Assembly: GCA_964016885.1 (NCBI GenBank)
Contig: OZ024741.1
Span: 149,730,001-149,794,000 of the forward strand
Reading direction: 5' to 3'
DNA: 64,000 bases
Source: Eledone cirrhosa
Taxonomy: Eukaryota
The notes beneath the pieces are model-generated. The model ran no database searches. It was not told the origin of the DNA and saw only the letters and a list, made by a program, of their open reading frames with translations. Made by a program: the position numbers and the translations under genes. Shown here piece by piece: positions 13,061 to 28,213 of the stretch (its first letter is position 1; every line of letters starts with the position of its first letter).

Positions 13061-13934
13061 CTGTGTACAAACATAAAACATATTCAGTCCAGAACCTCAT
13101 TAACACAGAAAAGGACAGTAAAGACTAAGTTTAGTGATAATTTCTGTTCTATAGAACATCATAAAGTAATGGGAGGACATGGATAGTAAATTGTATAGAG
13201 AATTACACAATTAGCTAACCAACTTCAGTTGGCCTGTCACCGGTTCACAGCCTACACACTTTGTCTTGTAGTGCACAATTCAGTTATACCTCCTCCTCAG
13301 AAGAATAGCTACATGTGATAGACAAGTGGCCCTTCTCTAACAGAAGAATAGCTATATGCAATAGACAAGTGTCCCCTCCTCTATAAAAAGCCATATGATA
13401 AACAAGCATCTTTCCCATGGATCCTTGTATTTATAGGAAATGGATTAACTTTACAAACAAACAGAAAAGTAATTTAAAAATTAACTGCCAACATTTTAAT
13501 ATTAATTTGTATTAGATATTATAAGGAGTAATTTGAGACAGAACCAAGACGAAAAAGGCCTACTGATGTTCTTGTTTGTTCTCAAATTGGTATTTATTAT
13601 TATAGCACACACCTATGTAGGTTTAGCTGACCTCATTACGAGGCTGTATCTCATAGTTTTCTCGAGTGTTTTAATGATAGAAGCCTCAATCCAATCATGG
13701 AAAGACTCTCCCTAGTCCACTGCAGGAGCTAACCCCTAGGTACTGTTGATACTCAATTTTTGTCCTAACTGAGTGGACTGGAATAACATGCTCAAGAACA
13801 CAACACCCAGTTCTGGAATCAAATCCACAACCTGACCATCGAGATACAAACACTAACCACTAGATCATGTTCCTTCATGTAAAATTGTTGTCTATCATAT
13901 AAAGTGTTTTATCAGATCAAAATTGTGTACTCAC

Positions 13935-14056
13935 TGGTAATTTTGCACAGGGTACTGTATCCCAGAGGGCATGTTATTAACAGGTTCAACAAATCTTTGA
14001 CTGGTTTGCACTAAACCAGAATACGATTCACTTGGATTTGGAGGTCTTTGCTGCTG
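13935..14056 (-). CDS. SIN3A: Sin3A-like coding exon 2 (QQQRPPNPSESYSG...NMPSGIQYPVQNY)
   Basis: TTTTTAG acceptor and CA|GTGAGT donor; 122 nt, phase 2 matches the next exon. MPSGIQYPVQNYQV resembles human MQSATGIQYSVTPSYQV. Confidence 0.8.
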
Positions 14057-17000
14057 CTAAAAACAAGAGAAAGAGACAAAAAGAGTAAATTAGCACAAAT
14101 AACAACAAACATAGGGCTAGCCACAATAATTAACGTATTGAAAGAGGGGTTGTTTTTATTTCCCCCCCCCCCCCACACACACACAATTTGATCAGAATTG
14201 ATGATAATAATAATCATCACCGTTTAATGTCCATTTTCCCAGGCAAGCATGGGTTAGACGAGTTGTTCTGTTGTGAGACAAGCCAAATCAGGTGACCATG
14301 TCTTGCTCATACAAAACTGATTTTCCCTTGGTTTCTACAGCTGGATGCCCTTCCCAACACCAATAACATCTACAATGTGTACTGGGCACTTTTTATCATG
14401 ATACCTACACAACCACTACAAATACCATCTTAATGAAATAATTAACAATTTTAGTAAGTATCACAAAATTCTTCATTAATTGAAATACCCTTGCTAGCAG
14501 GGAAAGTGGATGTTAACAGTGTGGACTAGGTCTTTTTATATATTAAAATGTAGCCTCCATGCCAGGGTTTCCCAAAACCTAACTTTTGTATAAGAAATCA
14601 AAATTCATAAAACACTATAAAATAAGACTTGCTTATACAGGTTTCTGATTTATATATAATTAATTCTTATTGTCTATTTTATATTCAATTAACTGATTTA
14701 TTTACTTACTTAATTTTTTTAACATACTTGAGGTTGATGAAGAGGTCAAGGATTCCGTGAAAGGGGTCAACTGTTTAAGAAGTTTCGGGATTTCTGCTCT
14801 ATTAGGTTGCCTGACCTACAAGTATCAGCAGGGTCAGGAGTGACAGAGTCAAATAGTAAACATAGCGATAATAGGACATGGTGGTACTAAGAGGAAAAAG
14901 TTCAGAGACCAAAAATATAATGCAAGAATGATTTTATTGTTGTATAGTAAAACTGAGGTCTTAAGATATTTTATTTATTTATTTATTAATATGTATCTTT
15001 TGAAATAATCACAATCAAACTGAACTATGCAACTAACACAAGCCAATAGATTACTTGACCTGCTAGAAAATTTTAAAGTGTTCCTTTTTAAATTCAAATT
15101 CCCCAACATAATTTCATATAAGAACCATTTGTTAAGCTATACCATCTTATTTGAAATACCCTTGCTAGCAGGGAAAGCAGATGTTAAAACGATGATGATG
15201 ATGGTAGTTTATGTCATTAGAATCATGGTAAGAAAAAGGTTAAATAAGAGTATACATTGCATAATATAGTCTTAGATACAGTTAAATAAAAAGTTACAGT
15301 CTGTAACAAGCGTGAAGGCTCATTACACTAGAGCTTATCACAGATTCATTCGTGTTAAATACAAGACACCTCTTTGGACAAGTTGCAAGTTCATTGAAGA
15401 GTTAACTCTCACCTGCTGCTGGTACTTGTTTTCATTTAAGATTACTGGAGCAATGTGAAATGAAGTGTTTTTCTCAAGAGCACAACACACCACTCAGTCC
15501 AGGAACTGAACCCGTAACATTGCAATTGTAAGCCCAACACTCTAACAACTAGGATACATGCTTTAATTCTTATAGTATATTTGAATTAAAAGACTGGATG
15601 GTCACTGTGGAACATCTGTGACATGTCAACCTGATCAGGGTTCACTTGGGACTAAATAAAAACAACAATGACAATGATCTGTTTAATTTGAACACAGATA
15701 ATTGTGATTTCAGAACAAACTGTCACTGGAACACTATTGCAGTTCCTTGTTAAACACAAGAAAATCATTAAGACATTCCATATTTCTAATGACTCACACT
15801 GATGTCAATTAACGAAGAACTTGGTACTTATAATACATAAGTTCTTATACTATGTTGAAAGGTTTTAATTTAAATCAACATCTTTTAAAATAAAAACCCT
15901 TTTAGAGACCCAGTGGGGCTCAACCTGGGGGAAATTTATTCCCAGGAGTAAATTTCACCAACCAAGGGGATGAGCTTGCTGATTCTGGATTTGTATATTC
16001 AATTTTAATTCAAAACCATTTGAAGTCGACCTTTTTGTTTTATTGAAGTACTAATTTTTTTCTTTCTATATATAGTTTTGGTCCTAATAACTGTTCCTAC
16101 TTTTGGCACAAAGCCAGCAATTGTCCCAGTGCATTACTGGTGCTTTGTTTTATCAACCTTGTAAGGATAAATGGCAAAGTTAACCTCAGCAGGATTTGAA
16201 CTCAGACCATAAAGGGCAGTAACTCTATATTGCAAAGCATGGCGTCCGACCCTCTACCAATACTGCCAATACAGCCGTTTTGGTCCTAATAATGGTATTT
16301 GGTCATCATTAGTTATTCTCTTAGTACTAGTATCTGTTCATCAATAGTTGGTTTTTTGGGGGGTTTTTTTTAAATTGACTGATGGTATTTGCTCTTAGTG
16401 CTGCTATTGTTATTTGATCATAAAATAATAATGTTAAAAACGGTATTTTAAAATGTTACACTTTGTTAGTTGCTGTATTATGGTATGGCTGTAAACTCAA
16501 ATTATTGAACAAAATACGGTGGGGGTAAATTTGCTTTCAAAAGGTTACTATGGAATAAATAGGATAACAAAAGTTGAGAATGTCTGTCCTAGGCTATAAG
16601 TGGCAGTCGGGGTATTATAGATTTGCTGAGTGTTTTGTTGGCTTGCAGTACTGATCAGAAATCCTTTGGCAATGATCTTACCTAAAATTACTAAACATTA
16701 AAATGGAGTCTTCAATGTTGCTCGAACATCTCAATGGATTATACATTACAGATCTGATTAAAGTAGAATAAAAAAACATTCTGGAAGAATTAAACAAATA
16801 AATTTGCCTGCACTAATTATCTAACAAAAACAACAGCAAGTTCATACAGGAGTCAAACTCAATGAAGGAAGGATGAGGTAACTAGAGGAACATAGGTTAG
16901 ACCTCATCCTCACCACTTTATGTCTATTTTCCAGGATGGCATGGGTTGAACAGGACATCACAGTCTAATGACTAGACAGGTCAAAGGACCATATCTTGTT

Positions 17001-18231
17001 CATATCCTTCCTAACATTACTTGAATTTTGTCATATCAAAACTAGAAAGGTTGTCAAGTCCTTGCCAAAACCAAAAGCCATTCTTTACACCATGTCTCAG
17101 TTTGTTCACAGTTAAAATTAAACAATGATTTTGTTGGTGAATGGAGTATTTCATTAAAAAGGTTCCTAACCACAAATATGTGGCTCAACACTGACAAATA
17201 GGAAATGGAGACAAAATTTTGTGGAACCAATAAATTTCTAGGAACAAGGCCAACAATGTGAGGGGAGGGAAAAGTTGATTAAAATGATCTGAGTACTTGA
17301 TCAGTACTTAATTTCACTGACATCCCCAAAAGGATGAAAGGCAAAGTTGATCGTGGCAAGATTTGAACTCAGAACATAAAGGGTTGTAGCTAAATGTACA
17401 AATTATTTTGCTTGACACTAATGATTCTGTCAATCCATCACCCTAGTGGAACCAATAAATAAAATTATTTGTAATTAAATGGAAAATGTCAATCAAGCTA
17501 TTTATTTCCATTAAGTATATGATATAAATTTGTTAAAAACCTATTTTCCTGTTTTCAACACTACCTAAGCTCATTGGAACATTTTGAGGGTGTAAGGGGG
17601 GGGGGGGGGGGGCACTCGTTAAGAATGTGCACCAACTTCATCTGTTTTTAACACATTACAACCTAGGCCCCAAGTAAAAATTAAGTGTGTTGGAAATAAA
17701 GTTAACAGATACACCCATTCATTGTTTGTTTTTTTTATAACAATTTTGTTACCTATTTCTAAAGAAATACGCTGCCTATATTTTTAAATTAATTTTGAAA
17801 AATAATAATAAAAAAAATTGGAGTATAATAAAATAATTATCACTAGTAAACTGATGTTTGGAAGATCATTTAATAAAAATTTCTTAAATAAAATTATTGA
17901 AGGTTTCAATATAAACACACTAAAATGGGCAGTTTTGTATCATACAACCAGTGCCAGTGTGGTATGAAAGGGGTTGGGTAGATATCTGGCACATAAGTAG
18001 CTGATTAAATGTGAAGGAGAAACATGAGACATGCCATGTCTTCAGTTTAATCATGTGTGGTGCCTTAGGCAAGTGTCTGCCACTAAAGCCTTGTGCTAAC
18101 CAATGTCTTGTGAGTGGAATTTGATTGATGGAAGCTATAAAAGTCCATCCTCTGTATGTGTGTGTTTACATTTGTGTCACATAACTTAGTATTTCAACAA
18201 AAAGATCAATAAAATAGGTATCTGACTTGGA

Positions 18232-18279
<48 letters not shown>

Positions 18280-18874
18280 AATGGGATTGATATGATTAAT
18301 GAAATCCCTTCAAGGTGATACCCCAGTATAACTGAAACCAGTAAAAGAATAAGAATGGTTGAGACAAGACAAGTGAACTTGATTCCATGTATTAACTCTT
18401 TATTGAACCTTTAGGATTAATTAGGAGCTGATTAGGGGACATTATTTGCCATTTTGCCGGTCTGAGTTCAAATCCCGCCGAGATTAACTTTGCCTTTCAT
18501 CCTTATGGGGTCGATAAAATAAAGTACCAGTAATACACTAGGTAATTGTGTCAGAAGTAGAAGCAATTATTTAACACCAAAGTGGTCTTCATCCAACACA
18601 CCTATGATCAAAGGAAGTAAAAGGTGCCTACTCTAAACCAATGTGTGTTTATGATAATGTGCATGTGTACTTTATCACAAACACACATTGGTTTAGAGCA
18701 GACATGTGCATGTGTACTTTAAAGCTGTGTGTGCCTGCCAATGTATACATATACTCTAAAGCCATGAGTATCTATGATCATATACACATGCAATCTAATA
18801 GCATATATGTAACATATGTAAAAAGGGGTCATCTAAAAGATCCTTTGATAAATTTACATTTTGATTCAAGTTAG

Positions 18875-19110
18875 AGTGCAGCTATGTATTGCATCACTGA
18901 CACTGCACTATCTGCAGCAGCTTATACTGCATCACTGACACAGGACTGTCTGCTGCAGATTACATTGCATCATCAACACTGCACTATTCCAGCTGCAGTT
19001 TATATTGTATCACTGACACTACACTGTACCTGCTGCAGTTTATACTGCATCACTGACATTGCATTGTGCCTGCTGCAATTTATATTACATTATTAACACT
19101 GGACTGTCAG
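18875..19110 (+). repeat. ~39-bp minisatellite (TGCAGTTTATACTGCATCACTGACACTGCAC...), about 6 units
   Basis: Repeated TGCAG...CATCACTGACA units. Confidence 0.8.
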
Positions 19111-20529
19111 CAAGTTTAGCCAGCCTCCTACGAGGTTGTATTTCATAGGTTTCTCAGGTTTCTTAATGACACGGGGGCCCACAGTCTTATCGTGAAAAAC
19201 ATCACACACCACCTGATCCAGGAATCAAACCAATGACCTTATGATCATAAGTTCAACATCCTAACCACCAAGGCCACTCTCCAATCCTATCATGTCACCA
19301 TTTTTCTGATGATTGGAGGTATGATTTGGAAAAGATGAATGCAAAGTTGACTCCACACCATTAAATCATTTTAGATGGGCACTTTTAAATAATAGATTAA
19401 TTTAGAACCCGCCATGTTGACAGGTTTATCTCCTTGATAATTGATGTCATCCATGCTTGGGTTGATATTACAATTATGGTAGCTAGACAACAAAGACATT
19501 CAAGGCAATTGGCATCACCATCATTGTAACTAAACAACAAAGATTTTCAAGATGGTTGGTATCACCCTCCCATTAGCTAGACAACAAAGCCATGTAAGAC
19601 AGATCTTACACTGATCACTCCAATATCTTTTATTTATACATGTACTAGTGCTCAGCAAGGATGTCCTGAACTGGTTCCAGCCATTTAATCCACAGCACCA
19701 CAAATAAAGGCCACCCATGCACAGCAATCACATAACTGATAGGATATTCAATCAACCACAATTCCAACAGCAGGCACCATATATGCAACTGCCAGATATT
19801 AGCTCAAGATATAAATACCTTACACGCCACAGTCATCATTGAAAGCCAAAACATGCCTGGCCCAATGTTTGATAGTTTCCTTGGTTAGCACTCTCACCGT
19901 GATTGTAGACATGCAACAGCAAAGCCTGTTGCTATGGATCACACTATACCCAAGTTCATATGCTTGCAGCTAGAGACTGCCTATAAAAACCTTATCATGT
20001 ATCCATGTAATGTAATTGCACCACAACCATTCTAAAGATATAGAGCTATCACAAAGAAGAAAATCATTGTTATGATGTTTAATGTTATGTAAAAGAGATT
20101 ACTGTTCACAAAAGAAACAGCATACTAGTTGTTAAATATTTACTAAATACAAGTCTGAAAAGCTAAACACATCTTGACACACTTGAAAATACTTAAGTTT
20201 GGTTAATGAAACTTGTTGAATAAAAAACCAAAGTACCAGAGAAGTAAGTTGGTTAACTAATTAAATAAATTCAGAGCATCATGTTTACATAGGAAGCAGC
20301 ACTAGCCAGAGAAGAATGGAAAGGGGGATACATAAGCGTAAGCAAAAGTACTTTAATGTATTAAGTACAACAAACTACATGATCGACAGATGATAGTGTG
20401 ATGCTTAATGAAGATAGCAGTACATAGTTATCAGATTTACATTTCATTTTTTTTTCTCTATATCTGCATGATGATGCAAATTTAGATGTTTGCATTGATC
20501 ATTGGAATGTGAAGATTTTAGTTGAACGC

Positions 20530-21420
20530 TTCTTCTTCTTCACCGACTTATTTCTGAGGGTCGTTGGGGCAGAGTCCTCAAACACTTTTTCCAGTGGGTC
20601 CTGTTAGAAGCAACTATCTCCAGCCAAGCTCATGGATGTTATCCAACCATCTTGCTCAGGGTCTACCCCTGGGTCTCCTGCTGGTTGGTTTTGCTTGTAA
20701 AATCTGTCCAGCAATTCTTTCCTGAGACATTCTAACCACATGCCCATAGTATCGGACCTGTCGTTTCTCAATTCGGAGAAGTAGTGGCTCTACCTGGGCG
20801 ACTCTCTGATCTCTGAGCTACGCACATTATCGAGTAATGTTACTCCTAAGAGGAGGAACCCCATTTCGGCCGCTTGTATTTTTTCAGTCATTACCGAATA
20901 CAGAATTGAAGATAGTGAGTTTGGCTTTTATGCCTACCTCTCTTCCTCTGATTACTGAAGCTGGCGCATTATTGCACTTAATTCAACCTCCTGCCTTCCA
21001 TCACTCGTGAACATGATCCAGAGATACTGGAACTTCTCCACTTGCTTCAATGGAACTCCATTTACATGTAGAGTGCACTGTGAAGGCTTCCTTGAGAAGA
21101 TGAGTGTCTCAGTTTTCGCAGCTCTGATTTTCATTCCAGCCATGAGTTAGGTAACACCATGACGTCTGCAGATTCCAGCCGACAGATTTTACACTCGCAA
21201 GTTGTGATACCACTTTGAACCTGGCTGTGCTGTTAATTCTGTTCATGTAAATAATAAACAGAAGAGGTGACAGTACGCACTCTTGGCGGAGTTCAACTCC
21301 CACATTGAAGGGTTTCGATTTAGCACCATTTATCCGAACACAAATACTTGGGCATTTGTATAGAGACATCAGGCCTGCAAGAAGTTGACCATCAATCCCA
21401 TATTCCTGCACACAACCTTC
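20530..21420 (-). mobile_element. Decayed RTE-like LINE, RT to 3' end
   Basis: GVELRQECVLSPLLFIIYM, VEKFQYL, GHVVRM and RPRGRP motifs, with a (GAA)n tail at 20531. Confidence 0.85.
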
Positions 21421-22326
21421 CACAGCAGGTCCCATATGAGAATATTGCTGTGGTGTATAGTATATGTTGTTTTCGACGTGTAAAACAAGCTTTTGTACTA
21501 AATATGAAAATAAACCAACATACATAGATTAGTTTCCAACATAAGAACATTCATCAATTCAACAGTATCCAGTCACCACTACCATGTTTTACTTCCCCTA
21601 AGTTCAATTTCAGAACCAATCTGGCTTTTTGATATTTTATTTATCTGGATCAAGATTACATGTCAATTTTTGCACTTTTTCAAAAATTAGTTAAAAATAA
21701 TATAAAATGAGATATTTTGATCAAATTTATTTTACTTTATTTTGTCTCAGTAACTAAATTAAAACACCAATCCATCTTTAACCCACACAGAGTGTGGGGT
21801 AAAACATGTACCAGTACATTTAGAACACTTAAGAGTCCAGAAAAATTTTAATAAAGCTCTTTTAACCTTTTTGTAACCATATTTTTCATGAAAGACAGAA
21901 TATGTATTTCAATAAATTTTGGAAATAATCAGTAATTTAAAGAATTTAGTTAAAAAAAGAAATTTTAATAAAGTAACTTAATAGAACGTACTGTAAAACC
22001 AGAGGTAGCTGGTATAAAAAAAGGTTAAAGTGAACACTGAGCTATTTCAGTTCCTATATTTACTGTTTAGACAAATCCTATTGCTGTATAACTTTGCTTT
22101 ACATATACAAATTGTATGGTTTGTTTTTTAAACAAAACAACAAGTCTCTCAACTTCTGGAAGCAAAACAATTAATTACAAGGTTTAATTAATGATACAAA
22201 AAAACAAAAACATGTTTAATAGTTACAGGCTGTTGGCTGAGTTGGTTCTAATTGAATTTAGTAAATATATTTTTTTAATTAGTGAAGAATATTTGTATTG
22301 GACATTTTGAGTTGAAAAAGGTCCAA

Positions 22327-22895
22327 AACCTTTTCATTACCAAATTTCTAATGAAAGACACTGCCTATGATTTATAAATCCATTTGAAAATAATCAAGAA
22401 TTTGGATGAATTTAGAAATAACTTTCTATTAAGCAGGTGTTTGGAAATATACATTCCATGAGTTTGAAAAACTTTTGAAAATAATTAAAATTTAGAATAA
22501 TTTAATAACAACTAGTTTTTCAATGTTAAGTGGGTGTTAGGAATAGCATGCATAACATTATGCTGGAGGGTTTAAAACAAGGTTTTTGTATTATGGACAG
22601 TTGCAGATGGGTTGGTATCAAAATGGGTAAAAATAAATCTCTAAGAAGCATTTAACCTTTTTGATACCAACCTTGTCTTAGTTCTATAATATAAAACTGT
22701 TTTAAATTGTTTACATTTATCAAATAAAAACCTTACATTATAATTTTATGTAAGAAGCTTTAAGATATGCTCCAAAAACAAACATAATAATGAGAAAGTT
22801 ATATTACTAAATACAGCCAATTTTTTTAATTATTATTTTCAAAATCATTTGAAAATAAGAGGCAATGTTTTTCATTAGAAATACGGTAACAACTT
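22327..22895. mobile_element. Two adjacent inverted copies of a ~250-300 bp piggyBac-like MITE; other copies at ~3660, 17740, 21862, 28718, 35391, 35805, 38615, 45500
   Basis: Recurring ends TTAACC(C)TTTT..GATACCAA / GGTAACAAAAGGGTTAA with TTAA-like target sites. Confidence 0.6.
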
Positions 22896-24270
22896 AAGTG
22901 AGGTAGAGAAACATGAAACAAAGTGATGAACAAAAATCAATCAGAAACTGGGTGACACTAGATGCAAAACTCCATTTAGAAAACCTGTCGAAAAGTGAGC
23001 AGAAAATGGCCATAAAACTGTATTGGTTTAAGCCTTGATCAATATTTGATGGGTTTGGCAAAAACAAGACTTACAGGATTTAGTTACAACCTTTTACATT
23101 CTTTTAAATTCCTATGGGGTCAACCTTGCTTTTATTTTTCTCCCTGACTCAATGCCAGTCAAGTCATTGGGTAGACGAACAATAATCCCATCACCACAAA
23201 AAAAATGGACAAAAATAAACAGTAAATGTAAACACAGACAGTCAAATACACACACACCACAGGCTTCTTACAGTTTCCATCTACTGAATTTCACTCACAA
23301 GGCATTAGCCAATCCAAAGCTATAATAGAAAATAATTGCCCAAGATGCCAGGTAGTGTCACTGAACTCAAAACCATATAGTTACAAAGTGAACTCTTTAA
23401 CCACACAGGCATCCATGCCTATACATACATGCCTGGTTTTGAATATTAGTGTATTAATTCATTCATTCAATCATTAGTAGGCTTTTTGATTTTGAAAATA
23501 ATTTACATGAACGTATTCAATACAACGAAAGTAGCAAGCAAGGTGTTACCATCACATTAAAATGATTATAGCTTTTGAATCACTATAAAAGTTCAAAACT
23601 AAGAATATATATATATGTTTGTTTCTATGACATCTGAGTTATGAATGGCTTTCACCTAATTTTCTCCCATTTAACATCTAGTTATATAATAACAATGATT
23701 TCTAAGTTAGGCACAAGGCTAGCAATTTTATGAAGAAGGAAAATAATCGATTGAAACAATTGCAGTTTTGACTGACAATTTATTGACCCAAAAGATGAAA
23801 GAAAAAGTTGATCTGAAAGCCAAGACAAATGTTGTGGTGCATTTTGTCTGATATTAAGGATTCTGCCAATTTATTGTTCTTAAATCAATTCATCTCATAA
23901 ATTCAGACAAAATCTAACAAATAAGGTTTTTAATTATTCCTTCCCCCCACTTTTTTCCTTGTGTTTCAAGCCTCCTTGAATACCTTAAAATTCACCTCCT
24001 CTCTGTCTTCACATAGTTAAATTCTATATTAAGTAGAAGTGTATCAAGTGTGAAGTTAATGAATATTAGGGAACTCATCACAGTTTGGAATCCATACTGA
24101 TTCCAACTCAAAATATTTATTACTGTAAAATTTCCACACCTCGCAAATTTTTTTTATTCCTTTGATCCTGCAAAATGCTTACATCACCCACCCGCCACAT
24201 TATTTGCAACCACTTCCACTCTTATAAAAACAATCCAAAATAGATACCAATAGTTACCATTATTATATTT

Positions 24271-24466
24271 GAAAGGAGGTGGATTGGCAGTATCGGTAGA
24301 GGGTCGGACGCCATGCTTTGATGCATAGAGTTACGGCCCTTGCCATTCTGAGTTCAAATCCCGCCGAAGTTAACTTTGCCTTTCATCCTTACGGGGTCGG
24401 TAAAATATAGTACCAGTAATGCACTGGGTAATTGCTGGCCTTGTGCCAAAAGTAGAAACAATTATT
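24271..24466 (+). mobile_element. SINE family B, representative copy; others at ~16085(-), 17240(-), 18455(+), 23690(-), 26935(+), 28105(-), 40830(-), 45608(+)
   Basis: B box GAGTTCAAATCC and central CTTTGCCTTTCATCCTTACGGGGTCGGTAAAAT..GTACCAG segment (MetaSINE-like, inference) recur across the window. Confidence 0.8.
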
Positions 24467-24716
24467 ATATTTGAAATGCCGAATTTGGTTGAAATCCGTC
24501 CACCCAAAGTTTCCAAATTTATGAAGGTCGCACACATTGTCAAATGTCATTAGCTACCTTTCCCAATTTTAGTAAGAACGTAACTCTTCACATGTAAATG
24601 CTATAGGTAACAAACAAGACTTTTCCATTTATATATAAAAATTTAACCAATTTAAGTGTTATTTAAAGCTGGTAAACCATGGCAGACCTAGAAAGTTACA
24701 TAATACCACTTATATA

Positions 24717-25889
24717 TGAGGGTGGGCTGACATTTCACAAGCTAGCTATGAAAGAATGATGTTAGAGCTATGAAATCTTGCATGCATTAATTTCGACTCA
24801 TCTTATTAATAACTGAATTGTTTATTTCCAGGTAAAGTGACATCAGACTGTTCAAAGAAGACTTCAAACGTAACTAGTAGCGATTTATCTTGAAAATGGA
24901 CAAAATTTGACATCATGGTGTTATCAAGTACCTGCAGAAAGAGAGTTTAGCCACCAAGGTCATGGCTGCTACTCCAGTTTTATTAACAGTGCAAAAGTGG
25001 GCAGCTGAATTTAGAGGGTGAAGGGAGAGTCTTGAAGACGACCCGATGTCTTGCAACTGCCACCACCGAGGAAAACATTGATCATGTTCAACACTTCGTG
25101 ATGGATGACAGGTGATTGATTATAAATCAAATAGCCAATGCTGTAAGCATACCCCTTGAAAGATGAGAATATTCTGCACAATGAACTTCGTATGACGAAA
25201 GTTTCTGCTCTGTGGGTGCCACACCGTCTGACACCTGATCAAAAGCATACCAGGCTAATCACATCATGAGAAAATCTGACATTGTTTGAAGCAGATCCAG
25301 CTGTTCATCACTTTGACCAGAGACAATGAGACAATCCATGCTGTGGAAACACCCCACCTCACCTGCTCCAAAGAAGACCGACCTTGGTGAGGTGATGATC
25401 TCAGTTTTTTTGGGGGTTTTTTTTTCAATGCAAAAGGCATTGTTTTTATTGACTATCTTCAAAAGGGCAACATCCTCAATGCCACCTTGCTGAGGCAGTT
25501 ACAAAAGGCTATCAAGACCAAATGCCCAGGAAAATTATGAAAGGGGTCATTTCATCAGGACAATGATCCAGTACAGAAGTCCTTGGTTTTGTTGGTTGCT
25601 GTATGTGACTGTGGCTTCAAACTGGTTGATCACCCTCCCTATTCTGATTTGAGCCCATCTGACTATCATCTGTTACCCAACATGAAAAACTTTGGAACCA
25701 GTATCAGTGATGACGACGTCATATATGCTGTTGATAACCAACAGGATGAAAGCTTCTTTCTTCACCAATGGGAACACTGCAACACTAATAGAAGTGGACC
25801 ACAAAGAGGACTATGTTGAAAAATAAACCTCATTTGGTTACATTCCATGAGTGTCTAGGTCTACCTAAGAACTTTTCAGCCGACCCTTG
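24717..25889 (+). mobile_element. Decayed Tc1/mariner transposon, copy 2 (same family as 5126-6269)
   Basis: Colinear with copy 1, TA-flanked TIRs, HPPYS-DLSPSDY motif. Confidence 0.9.
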
Positions 25890-26699
25890 TATAAGAAGAA
25901 ACAAAAGAACAATTAAACATTAAATCTTTTTGTAGCCTCCACAAATTGGAAGAGCTTATGGTTGGTGAATCCTTAAAAATAAATTGTACCTCCAGTCATC
26001 TCTCTCAAACAGATAATTTTTGCTTTGGAAAAAATAACTAAAGTTTCTGGACTCTACAAGAACATAAAGGTGACCTGTTTGTAAAACCTAATTTTATTAG
26101 TACTACCAGAATGCTGAAAATTACATCACTGGATTCAGTATTCTTACTAATAAAATACACTGTTCTCTTTGCTCCTAACAATCAACTTGAAAACAGACAC
26201 CATTCATATAAAAATGTATGTGAGCAGTCATTGAGAGGAATCAGTTGATTTGAAAACACTAAACATTTTAATGTAACAGTCAAAGGGCTAGCTGTAGCAC
26301 CATCACAATGCTGAAAACTGTGTCTTTGGATGTGATTTTATTATACCCATCCTTAATTAATAATAAGCTCTATTAATTTTACTCTAGGTTTCTCTTGAAC
26401 TGCATTTTGGCTTCTTAAAGTGAAAGTAGAACTTCCTCCAGTTGTAACATGGAGAGATTGTCTCATCATCATCAAAACATCTGTTTTTTCATGTTGGCAT
26501 GGGTTAAATGAGCCCTCCCCAGCACAGAATCCTTCCCTTTATCTCTTTTATCATCATCTTTGTGAGGTTCAACACTCTGAGATCCACTCAAACAACCTGT
26601 GCCCATATTTTCCTTGGCCAACTTTGCACCTGGAAACCCTGACAATTTTTCAACCAACAACCATCATCCTTATGCATTACACGTGTGTACCAGTGCAAT

Positions 26700-26756
<57 letters not shown>

Positions 26757-28213
26757 AAAAGTCTGCACATTTGCTGTTAACACTATGTAAACTATGCATT
26801 AAGCTGCAGTATTTCAAGCAAGCCATAAATTAGATTGCTAAGGCAGATACTTTATATATGTGATAAAAGTATGTTTTATATTAATGATTCTGTTAAAGGT
26901 AAAGCATCATTGTTACTATTATTATATCATTATAAAGGGTGGTGGATTAGAAGTATCGGTAGAACGTCAAACACCATGCTTTGCAGCATAGATTTATGGC
27001 CTTTTATGTTCCAAGTTCAAATCCCGCCGAGGTTAACTTTGCTTTTTATCTTTACGGGGTCAATAAAATAAAGCACCGGTAATGCACTAGGGGTAATTGC
27101 TGTCCTTGTGCCAAAAGTAGAAACAATTATTAAAGGTGATGGATGATATCACTATCACTAGAGTGTATGGGCATTTTGCCCTGCAGTATTTAGTTATGAC
27201 CATTTATATTCTAGAAGCCCACTTTGCCTCTCATCTTCCCAGGAATAATAAAACAAGGCCTCAACTAAATAACAGAGATTTCATCAGCTATACTCCTCCT
27301 CCCAAAATGTATGGCTTTCTGCCAATGTTAAAAATTATTATTACTAGTACGTAACCTGTTGTTTTTCAAAGGGAATAATATTTGGTTTCTTTACCAAATT
27401 ATTATAACAAAACTGTTTGTGGATTGCAGACACACACACACCATCACCATCATTTTACACTCATTTTTATGCTGGCATGGGCTTGTGTGTCTGTATTTAA
27501 GCCTATAATGCATGCTTACCAGTCAGTTCTATTTGTGTGCGACTCAAAACTGATATGTATATAAACACACACACACACAAGTCATTGAGAGATAGAAAGA
27601 GAGAGATAGTTAAGACCATTATCAGAGTACAGTGATTTCTAGCATGAATGAAAGCATTTTAGAATACTAGCCCTCAACCTTTTTTTTTTTTTTTACTTTT
27701 AATTGTATTTCATAAATTCTAAAAGAATTTTACAATGATATTTGTTATGTTCTAGTGTTCCTGTGTGAGTTGACAGAAATCTAGGACTACTTTTATAATA
27801 TAGATTAATTACATTCTGATAATAAATGGCAGAATTGGTATTGTAATATTTAGTTATATCCCTGATTAAAATGATAAGTGGGCAAAGAAAAGAAGAAGAC
27901 ATTATGTCCTTGGAGTAGGAAACAAAATAAAAGCCCCAGTCAAGTATGCGGCTGACTATACTATCCCTATCCACCAGTTGCAGTCTAGTGGCATTTAATT
28001 ACATTCTTACTTGAAATCTTAACTATAATAAAGAAAGGATTGCGGGACTGCATCCAGAATATAATTTTGTATCTCGTTTGTAAAATAAGTTGGATTACTT
28101 TGAATAAATAATTGTTTCTACTTTAGGCACAAGGCCAGCAATTACCCAGTTCATTACTGGTACTTTATTTTATCGACCCTGTAAGGATGAAAGGCAAAGT
28201 CAACCTCGGCGGG

